NCBI GenBank assembly: GCA_043228905.1
Contig: JBHGNT010000805.1
Coordinates: forward strand, 1-15,291
From: Azolla caroliniana
Lineage: Eukaryota; Plantae; Polypodiophyta
Reading direction: 5' to 3'
DNA: 15,291 nt
A model generated the notes under the pieces. That model searched no databases. It was given only the letters and a program-made list of their open reading frames with translations, and was not told where the DNA came from. Positions 1 to 8,279 of the stretch are shown piece after piece. How positions within the stretch are numbered: position 1 is the stretch's first letter; each line of letters starts with the position of its first letter. A program made the translations under genes and the position numbers.

Positions 1-743
1 AGCATGGTAAATACCATACGTTTGGATGAACTATTTATTACGAGGTAAATAAAACCTAAAAAAAGGGAAAAAACAAAAAAAACACAAGAATGTTTGAATA
101 ACATTCGCATTCGTTTTCCGACGTAGTAAAACGAATGTTATGCTAGATGAATAAGAATTTTATGTACTATGGTCTCAAACCTTTTTCCATCCTTGCATTT
201 TACCCTTTCCATATCTTTTGTATCGTGCTTCGTCTTCCCAATGCTAGAACATACTAATTGTTGTTGAGCCAATCCTAGTGACAATGGATCCCATCAAACC
301 TAATAGACAATAAACTACGATCACATTCCAACATTGAAAGGTGAAGATCAAGCACGACTACACTAAGTCAACCATTCTTACAGCAACAGACAAACAAGTT
401 TGCCACAATTTGCACCTGCTCAACCCTCGATCTCATGTGGTGGTTACCCAAATGGCCCATTACATGAATCACGAGTACACAAAATGGGAGAATGCCAATA
501 CTTATTTTGCATAGCAAAAGAAGGATGACATTGAAATCCTTTGTGCAAATTTGTGTGGTGGGTAAGAAAGTTACCCATGGCATTGACTTCTCCTAACCAA
601 CAAATAACTATCTTAGTAACCCTCCCTCACCCAAAATGAGACATCTTCGCCACCACCTAGAATACAATGACCAAGGCAACCCAACACATGACTACCTTCA
701 TAGAGCGAGCTCTATCCATTGCATCACATGCAAAAAGTTTCGT

Positions 744-1107
744 AAGGTCATTGAAAACAATATTCACACTTGTGGTGTCTAAGATAACTTGATATTGCTC
801 GTTTGGATTGTGGTAACCATTGTGGATTCCAAACAATCCATGGAAATCTTTCTTTAGATTTCATCCAAATTTTCAAAGGTTTCATGTTGTAAGTGGTGAA
901 TCAATCACTAAGGTGGGATGTTTCCTTTAATATGCTAAGCTATCAATAATAATGAGATAATTGATATTCTTATGCAATAAGTATTCAAGCATGATGGGTT
1001 CCTCAATGACATTATCAATGATCATGGGCAATAGTTTATTTTGAAACTAGGAACTATGTGCTCAAGCATTTTGACATAAAAATCTCAATTCAGTTTTGCC
1101 CAACAAG
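744..1107 (+). mobile_element. Degenerate Ty3/gypsy LTR-retrotransposon integrase relic
   Basis: Manual translation across stops and frameshifts gives ordered integrase motifs. KVIENNIHTCGV* (744-782) resembles the end of the HHCC zinc finger. GLW*PLWIPNNPWKS/SLDFI (from 805) matches GLLQPLPIP..PW.SISMDFI. A VVNQ..TKVGCF-like segment near 893-925 matches VVDRFSKMAHF. VFKHDGFLNDIINDHGQ*FI (981-1040) matches VFxLHGLP..IVSDRGPQF. No LTRs or RT are recognisable. Confidence 0.75.
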
Positions 1108-2157
1108 GTAGGATCCTTTGCACACAAAAAATGGTAGAAATCATGATCACCCACTCAATGGATTTTTTTGTAGTGCAACTCTTTTAATTGTTATCAAGTC
1201 TCTTCTAAATTATTTCAAGATTTAAATAAGTGAGCATTTAGTTATAGTGAATATTTTGTGTCTAAGATCCTATGTATAGGGAATTGTTTCAAATAGTCAA
1301 CAATTTTGCAAGACACAAATTCATTTGAGAATTATACTTATGCCGGTGGAAGAAATAGTAGACTTTGATTAAGATCACACATTATAAGAAATGTGATGAA
1401 AACAAGGTAAGTCTTAAGTAGTTATGAGGATTTCAGCTACTCTTTTAAAGTTCAAACTTTAGAGATTTAAATATGTATTACCAATGCAGAGTGCATCAAG
1501 ACTTAATATAAGGGAATGCTATCAATTACCAATGCAAATCATCTAATATATATCACTTGACTGATAGAAAAAACTGCGTTGTGAGCATAAAGATAGGGCC
1601 CCAATTTCACATTAAAGAACAACTAATTTGTGTTTGTCTCCATTTTCAAACATTAAATGTAACCTCGAAAAATAGGGAATTAATCTTTTCTGCTCCAATT
1701 CTTGATTTTTCCCAGTAAACTTCTTACCCCAGCTTCTACTTTTGAATGGACTACATATAGACTAATTTAATTATTCCACAGTAAAGAAAGAACCCTTCTC
1801 TCATTGTTAGGGCTGAGTGCTACACACACAAAAAAAAAAGGAAACTAACAAACTTGGTATACCATATAAGTAGTTCACCACTATGTAATAATGGCTACAG
1901 AGAGCCTATATAATAATACAGTCATGGAGACACTTGAAAAGTAGCAATATGTCAATGCACATAATGGTATCCATTCAGGTTTATTAACGTGCGAACTGAA
2001 CACATCTCATTCGGATGACGGATTTCATCTAACCCAGTTTGGTTTGGTTAGGTTAGGTAAAGTTCAACAACAACATCCCGCTAAGTTAAATGATCGATCA
2101 AAACTTTTGGCATCTACATATAATTGTATCCAAGTATAAATAGAGACCGTTCTTCTT

Positions 2158-2456
2158 TTAACAAAACTTTGCCGACTTGAAGGAGAGGCTATACATGAAG
2201 GAATTCTCGTAAGCAAAGCGAAGAATTTGACCCCGAGGAATCGGACGGCCCCCATTCACCAGGCAATCATTGAAGGCGACCCGACGGAATATTCTGGGGT
2301 TCACAACCGCTGTTGATGCAAACCATTCACACTTGAGATGCACATCCGACGGTTCACAATCGTTCGTGCACGTTGTATAGATCTCCACGATGAATTGAGG
2401 CACCCCACTCGTTGTTTCCCGGCTTTGTGATATGCCTATGTCTCTGTCGGTGCACT
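2158..2456 (-). CDS. TPD1: TPD1-like gene, last coding exon (conserved 6-Cys TPD1 domain)
   Basis: CTDRDIGISQSRETTSGVPQFIVEIYTTCTNDCEPSDVHLKCEWFASTAVVNPRIFRRVAFNDCLVNGGRPIPRGQILRFAYENSFMYSLSFKSAKFC* matches TPD1-family motifs (G.P.(Y/F).V.I..TC...C, CxWF.S, VNPR.FRR...DCLVN.G.P, F.Y.NSF.Y.LS). Acceptor gatgcag| has AG at 2458-2457. Stop TAA at 2160-2158. Confidence 0.93.
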
Positions 2457-4553
2457 CTGCATCCCCACCAATCCCAAGCTTACAACTTACATTTATATTA
2501 AATGATCTCTTTTTTCTAGTCACTCTGAGTTTTCAAAACACAAACTTTTATTGCAGTAACCTTCATATTAAGTGTTTATTATATACCATAGGTTTTGACA
2601 TTTAGAAGAAGAATCAATCCTGCGTTGCCCATCCTAAGGTTTTAAAAATGCACAATAATCCAAATTACTGAACGATCAACTTCACAAAATAAGGGAACAA
2701 CCCATGTTAAGCATTCAGTATATAGCATAGTTTCAAAGTCTAGATGAAGAATCAATACTGCATTGCCCATCCTAAGCAAGGTTTTGAATGCAGAAAACTC
2801 TAAATTACCGCACACGCAGTTTCACAAAAAAAGAGAACAGTCCATGGTAGTGAGGAACCCATATTAAGCATTTAATATAGACAAAGTTTCAACATCAAAA
2901 TGAAGAATCAATGCTAAATTGCCCATCCTAAGTATCTTTTAAATGCAAAAGAATCTAAATGTAATAAGAAAAGAGATCATTTTTCTTCACGTTCCCAAAA
3001 TCCTAGACTCTAAACCTCAAACATTGACCCTAAAAACTTAAAACATTAAAAGGTCTCAACTCTATGTGAGTATCATATAACTTGTTGAAGGATAATTGTG
3101 CAACCCCCAAATCATATGCTCATATAGCATTTACTCCAATCATATGCTCATAAACACCAATGCTTAGCATTTTAGTTTTTCTCGAACCTTGATATGCTTC
3201 TTAGTTTTCCTCAAGACATGCTTCTTAGTTTTCCTCAAGACATTCTTCTTAGTATTCCTAGAAATATTCTTCTTAGTTTTCCTCAACATGCTTTAGGTTC
3301 CGTCAACATTCTCTTAGTTTTCTTTAAGCATTCTTCTTATTAGGTTTCTCGACATTCTTCTTAGCTTTTTTTCTCGCCATTCTTCTTACCTCGATTCTTT
3401 CGACATTTTAGCTTTTTCTCTTGGCATTCTTCTTCTTATCTTATTTCTCTCAACATTTACCTTAGCTTTTCTTATCTCTCAAGACACGACACTTTTCCTT
3501 GTCATTTAATCTCTCGATCCACATTTTATCAAACAATTTAGACGGCATAGTTCTCATACTATTTATACCATGAGTGCTCTCATGATTCTTTGAGAAGTAC
3601 ATATATGGAAAGAAAAGGGGAAAGAGGATCTTACTTGGTTTCTTCCACCAATCATACAGCATTCGCCGAGAGCTCCTCCACCTCCAAGAAGAAGATGAAA
3701 CATTGGTTCTAGTATCTTGTCTGATGCTAAAATTATTATTATGATTATTATACTCCTCTACTCTAGTGGTATCAGAAGGAACCACTATATCACACCTCAA
3801 GATGCTCCAGCCTTCAAAAATAAAAGCACACATTTAAAGAATAATAAAAATATATATATTTACTTTCTTCCTTATTAAGCTCTGCAATATTCGACACATA
3901 GATAGAGATACATACATATATTATATGTACTTACCATATAAATGTCATTTACATAAAACAATCAACACATGTATGCATACATATACACGTAGATATATGT
4001 ACATACATATATACATAAAGAAATGCATCCATAACATTCATATAGATGCATGAGCATGCACACATATATACATACATATCTTTATTATATGCACATACCT
4101 AAGTGAATATATAGGTAGTACATACATACATACGTTAGTACATTCCCGCATACACACATACATACAAGTATGTATGCAAAAAAAAGGGCAAAGAAAATGT
4201 CACTTAGATAGAAACTAAACTATACAGCTCGCATGACAACACCAATAAAGGAAAAAAGAAAAAAGACAGAAGAAGGTAGGATTAATACAAGGCAGTTCTA
4301 TTTAGAAATCAAATGAGAGAGAGAGAGAGAGAGGGGGGGGAAACCAGAAATTACCTGTATGAACTTTAACCAAGAGAATGAAGAAGAGGAGGAAGAGGAA
4401 AGAAGGCAAGGCAGTAGTGGTGCACATGATGGTGTGAAGCAAAGGAATAGAATGCAGAGGAGAGAGTAACTCTGCATCATTCCATAAGCCAAAATAAATA
4501 AATGAAACTAAGAAACAATATGTAAATGTGTAAATACATACATATACATATAC

Positions 4554-4597
<44 letters not shown>

Positions 4598-4857
4598 CAG
4601 GGGAAGTGGAAGAGGAAGAGGATGAAGAATGGAAAACAGAGTAGTAGTAGTAGTAGTGTTGTTGTATGTATATAATAAAAGGAGGTAAATTTTGCTTTTT
4701 TGTAATGTACAACAAATCTTCTTCTTCCTTTCTCTTAATGAATCAACACAAACATGTGTGTGTGTTATGCACAAAGTGCTAGCTCTACCCCTTTGGGTGG
4801 TGAGTCTTGTCTTTTACACAACAATCCTAAGAAACACACAAGGGTATTACCTTGCAT
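2158..4857 (-). CDS. TPD1: TPD1-like secreted cysteine-rich signalling protein, whole gene model: complement(join(2158..2456,3635..3811,4355..4471,4851..4857)); 600 nt, 199 aa
   Basis: Three GT-AG introns, all phase 1, join into one open frame: MQELLSPLHSIPLLHTIMCTTTALPSFLFLLFFILLVKVHTGWSILRCDIVVPSDTTRVEEYNNHNNNFSIRQDTRTNVSSSSWRWRSSRRMLYDWWKKPKCTDRDIGISQS...SFKSAKFC*. Architecture is hydrophobic signal, variable pro-region, then a TPD1 domain. Family membership is strong. Orthology to Arabidopsis TPD1 itself is not established, and the first exon is tentative. Confidence 0.8.
2564..2960. repeat. Diverged tandem triplication (units of about 139 and 157 bp plus a partial third) in the last TPD1-like intron
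   Basis: The core gaagaatcaat-N6-ttgcccatcctaag starts at 2608, 2746 and 2902. Each copy is preceded by cat(a/g)ttaag at 2564, 2703 and 2860. Confidence 0.9.
3168..3486. repeat. Degenerate ~24-bp minisatellite (cat(g/t)cttcttagttttcctcaaga), roughly a dozen copies
   Basis: Near-perfect adjacent copies at about 3193-3290 decay toward 3486. A 15-bp direct duplication aatcatatgctcata (3110-3124, 3138-3152) lies just upstream. Confidence 0.9.
3635..3811 (-). CDS. TPD1: TPD1-like gene, pro-region exon (177 nt, phase 1-1)
   Basis: Acceptor gtgtgcttttatttttgaag| (AG at 3813-3812) and donor CCAA|GTAAGA (GT at 3634-3633). Open in the frame required by both neighbouring exons. Ends in RRMLYDWWKKP, resembling the R-K/R-x-L stretch often found before TPD1 domains. 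Confidence 0.8.
3895..4180. repeat. Low-complexity (TA/CA/CATA)-rich tract in a TPD1-like intron
   Basis: Repeated catacata, tatatacata and acacata motifs throughout. Confidence 0.8.
4315..4340. repeat. (GA)9 followed by G8
   Basis: Read directly; lies just inside the intron after the signal-peptide exon donor. Confidence 0.95.
4355..4471 (-). CDS. TPD1: TPD1-like gene, signal-peptide exon (internal Met at 4427-4425)
   Basis: Encodes (E)LLSPLHSIPLLHTI-MCTTTALPSFLFLLFFILLVKVHT(G), with a hydrophobic core typical of a signal peptide. Donor ACAG|GTAATT (GT at 4354-4353) is phase 1. A U-rich tract ending atgatgcag| gives an acceptor with AG at 4473-4472. The 4355-4427 part is more certain than 4428-4471. 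Confidence 0.75.
4554..4657. repeat. Compound microsatellite (AT)11(GA)11 at 4554-4597, plus (AGT)6 at 4640-4657
   Basis: Read directly; inside putative intron 1 of the TPD1-like gene. Confidence 0.95.
4851..4857 (-). CDS. TPD1: TPD1-like gene, putative first exon with only 7 coding nt (ATG CAA G)
   Basis: Minus strand reads gccaATGCAAG|GTAATA. This is a good donor whose phase matches the acceptor at 4472, giving M-Q-E in frame. It follows a (GA)16 tract typical of plant 5' leaders. No transcript evidence is available. Confidence 0.5.
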
Positions 4858-4874
4858 TGGCTTGATAGGGATTT

Positions 4875-4876
<2 letters not shown>

Positions 4877-4908
<32 letters not shown>
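4877..4908. repeat. (TC)16 microsatellite, read as (GA)16 on the TPD1-like sense strand
   Basis: Read directly; 19 nt upstream of the ATG at 4857. Confidence 0.95.
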
Positions 4909-4911
<3 letters not shown>

Positions 4912-4949
4912 CTATATGTGTATGTATTTAGACTCATTCATTCTTAACA

Positions 4950-5085
4950 TTTCGTGCCCCCCTCACTGTTCACGAAAAACCGACCTTTTTACCCACCCCT
5001 TCCGAAAGACATCATGTCGTAGAATAAGCCGACAGTAATGTCGCAACGCAGGCGCTCGATTCGCGTAGCCCCTCGAATCGTAGCA
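4950..5085 (-). promoter_or_regulatory. CpG-dense patch, candidate proximal promoter of the TPD1-like gene
   Basis: I count 14 CpGs in 4953-5080 in otherwise CpG-poor non-coding DNA. It lies immediately upstream of the putative first exon. Promoter function is inferred only. Confidence 0.4.
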
Positions 5086-5871
5086 ACTTTCTTGTTTTTA
5101 TTCCAAGGATCCCTCTTGTTATCCGCCTCAAAAAGAAGGATAGATTTCTTCTGTTAGAGGACCTTAGGTAAACCTTAAACATTACCAATATCTCATTTAT
5201 TTGTAGTTACTAGTAGAGAGAGACTGAGACAAAGAGTTTTGCATTGTTAGACGAGCTCGAGTGAGTACATTTATGTATCTCTTGTCTCATAACAGAATTG
5301 CATACGTAAATGCATTGGAAAGTGGAAACGAAAATTCGCTCATTGGAGTTCTTTCACATTTGGAGAATGTGACTCGAGCTTCTTTATGCATTACATTTTA
5401 TACCTTGTAAATTGCAACTCATTGACAATATTTACCTCGTTGGAACCTTTTAGAATAAAGATATGATTTGAGAATTTTGAGAAAAAAAATTAAGTGAATG
5501 AAAAAAATTAATAGCGTGGCAAGTAGAGTTGAGAAAACAAAGGATTATAGAAATCTGGAGTTCAATCGACACGGAGATGAGTTTCCCGGGTTTGACCCTT
5601 AAATGCATGCACTTTTTTAATATGTTCTCCTACGACAATTTTATTGGTTCTAAAGATAAACCATCTTCACAAATTGCAAACATGAAGCTCACAAATGCCA
5701 TGCAAAACATTGTCCTTTACATTTATTGTCCATGTTTCTTTAGGACCATGTCATTTGAAGAAAAACTCATCGGTGTTGGTAGGGTCCTTTGAACTTTTAG
5801 GAGGTGATGTGCATCCCTTTTTTGGAACCACATGGAGATGTCAAGCATCTATTTTCCTTCATGGAGAGAGA

Positions 5872-5899
5872 GGGAGGGAGGGAGGGAGGGAGGGAGGGA
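5872..5899 (+). repeat. (GGGA)7 within a polypurine tract (about 5863-5903)
   Basis: Read directly; fits the G3-N1 G-quadruplex pattern. Confidence 0.9.
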
Positions 5900-6775
5900 G
5901 AGGTAGAGCCATAATTTGTTCCATGGAAGAATCAAGCTAAGAATGTACCATTCAAGAAGAATTAAAGCATAGATGATAGTGGGGTCTTCCAACCAAGGAT
6001 TTATGTGCCATGGGAATGTACCTAGAGAGAGAGATTATTATTGTCCTTAGATGTCAAATAAACGTATAGGACCAAAGTGAAACATTTTCACATGTTCGAT
6101 ATGGAGTTCTTAAGTGACTATTGATGTTCACGAAATTTATTATTCAATGTTTCCATTAAGAGTGCACACTGTGATTCAAAAAAGAGTGCGTACAAAGACT
6201 GGCGAGTGTTGAAATTCTAGGGGAAACAAAATCGATGATGATAGATGGTGGAGCAGAGTAGTAGCGTGTGATGATTAGATTCGTGACATTGTTGGAAACA
6301 AAACATGTCCAATTTATTGTCTCCTTGGGAGTGTCCCAACACAATGCATCATATCAAAGAGGATATGAGCAAAGTCACATGGAAGCAATTGTGGAGAAAG
6401 ACAACACACATGGGATGGGCTCCAGCCTATATAGGTGACTATGGCTTGTTTGTTCAAATCATAAGATGGTTTTAACTTTTAAAGATCGATACAACATATC
6501 TTAATACATTGGTATTGCTAAAAAGCATGATACACCAATTAATGTAGCAAGGCATCAAACCAATGCACTCCATGTCTCCAACCCTTCATGCACAAGAACT
6601 ACAATCATTCGAAACTCAAATTACTGAAAGTTTTACTTGCTTCCAATGTAATTGGACGATGCCAAATAGAAGGTCATACAATTAGTGGCATCTAGTAAAT
6701 TCGTGTAGTTAGTCAGAAATGTTTTCAGATGCACAAATTAGTGAATATCATTTCAATAGATGTCATGTATGCAAC

Positions 6776-7115
6776 TTTTTAAGGTCATGACTCACACCTA
6801 TGTATAAGTAGAGTATACATAATATATGCCTAAGAGATACGGGTTAGTGTGTCCAACTCAAGGAAGTCGTGTGAAATTGATGGGTGCAATAATTGATGGT
6901 GTGAAAGTTTGTCAGGTAGTCATGAATGCTTCAGAAAGAAATGTGAGATGCTCCTCAACTTCAATCTCTCAATTAGGACAAAGTGTGCCAATACAATGCA
7001 CCCTATCTAGTTCTTGCCAAGTTCCAGCCTTGATTTTGAGGTCATGACTATGAATATGGAAGAGAATGATTGTCCTCCTTGCATTAAATGGTATAGGGTT
7101 GCGAAGATGTGGTTG
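6776..7115 (-). mobile_element. Degenerate non-LTR retrotransposon (RTE/RTEX-like LINE) 3' end: C-terminal Cys/His region plus 3' tail
   Basis: 7115->6903 translates in one frame as QPHLRNPIPFNARRTIILFHIHSHDLKIKAGTWQELDRVHCIGTLCPN*EIEVEEHLTFLSEAFMTT*QTF. This matches the pattern QPYL..RR.IA.FR..SH.L.IETGRW...R..RICxxC...VEDEEH..F.C seen at the end of such LINE ORFs. It is followed by gtgagtcatgaccttaaaaa. The relic may extend further toward about 7450. Confidence 0.7.
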
Positions 7116-8279
7116 GATGGTGCATCCAATCACTTCACTATAGGTTTCTCAATGCAGATCTCTCATTTGTTTCAAGAAGAATCATCTAAACAGAAATATC
7201 ACAATATAGAAATATCGTTTTTATTTTCTCAATGTTGTTCCATCTAAAAGAGGGTATATTACCTCCCTAAACCTACACCACATATAGAACGTATTGAATT
7301 ACCAATGAAATGTTGACCCATTGTCAACCATTTATGGAGGTTTTTGAGATTGCATTTGGATTCGTAAATGACTTGCCTAATCTACGATCAAATAACATCG
7401 TGCCCCAATTATGATTGTGGAGAACCTTGATGCCTAACATATTTGAAAGAGCATGAATCACACTAACCGTCTAAAGAATTAGTATAACTAAGAGTTTTCC
7501 CAAAGACAATGAAGAGAATTATTCACTTTGTGCTACAATCAGAATGAAAGCTTCTATCTTATCTATGTATAAGCCCAATAGAGGATATAAGAGTAGACCC
7601 AACACAACTTCCAAACTTATAGGAGAAATTGTGATGCACTTTTTACATACATCCCACTTGCTCATAGGGAGTTAATAGATTATTATTTAGGGGCATTCTG
7701 GTAAATAGACGAACTTCCAGGGGTATCTTGGTACTTTTCCCTATTAGTTGTTATGTCTACCAAGGTTTTGCCCTACATTCCAAGGACATTTTTCAATCTA
7801 CAAAGAAACAATAAAGACTTTTTCCGTGGAGTCAAGTCTCTTCCATTATGATGTACTGGGTGATAGGTAACATGTTATGTAGTGTAAATTGGCTTGACCA
7901 AGCTCCTTTTATCATGTTTCTTTGCCCAGTTTATCGAGAAAAAGAGAATAGGCATTGGCATTCTAGACACAAACAAGGTAAATGCATGCATTCATGTATG
8001 CTAAAAGTCACTAGTTATAGTTGTTGCTCATTATTTGAGAGATTGAATTTACCATAATTTGAAAAGGAGGCTACAATATAAACTAAACAAAGTAAAAACA
8101 ACACAAGGATAGTTTAATGTCAACAAAGGAAAGGAACTAAGATTAAATAATTAACTCAATAACAAACCTAGATTACAACACTATTACATGAAGGAGGGTA
8201 GATAAGGAATAGTTTCAAAACTCATTTTGAAGGCAATGAAAGGGGAGCTTGGGATATTGTTTGGAAAAAAGCTACAATT

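Noticed and set aside
260-743. Possible gag or RT-RNaseH-linker remnants upstream of the integrase relic, including ORF 368..583
   Set aside because: Only faint motif hints (e.g. EPILVTMDPIKP); too decayed to support without a profile search.
2457-2523. N-terminal part of ORF 2158..2523 (MTRKKRSF...)
   Set aside because: GTG start, no signal peptide, and it lies upstream of a good tgcag acceptor; interpreted as intron.
2608-2932. Three conserved ~31-nt cores separated by longer sequence, superficially CRISPR-like
   Set aside because: The intervening sequences are homologous to each other and over 100 nt long, there are no cas genes, and the context is a plant intron. It is an ordinary tandem triplication.
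3462-3634. C-terminal part of ORF 3462..3833
   Set aside because: Read-through past the GTAAG donor at 3634 into the intron.
4302-4774. ORFs 4302..4715 and 4508..4774 as standalone proteins
   Set aside because: Mostly translated microsatellites (SLSLSL, YIYIY, TTTTT). Only 4355-4471 is used in the gene model.
5225-5289. tgagacaa...ttgtctca inverted pair as a possible miRNA hairpin
   Set aside because: Pairing collapses after about 11 bp, too short for a pre-miRNA stem.
6826-7247. Plus-strand ORFs of 73 and 77 aa
   Set aside because: Antisense shadows of the minus-strand LINE relic, with no recognisable domain.
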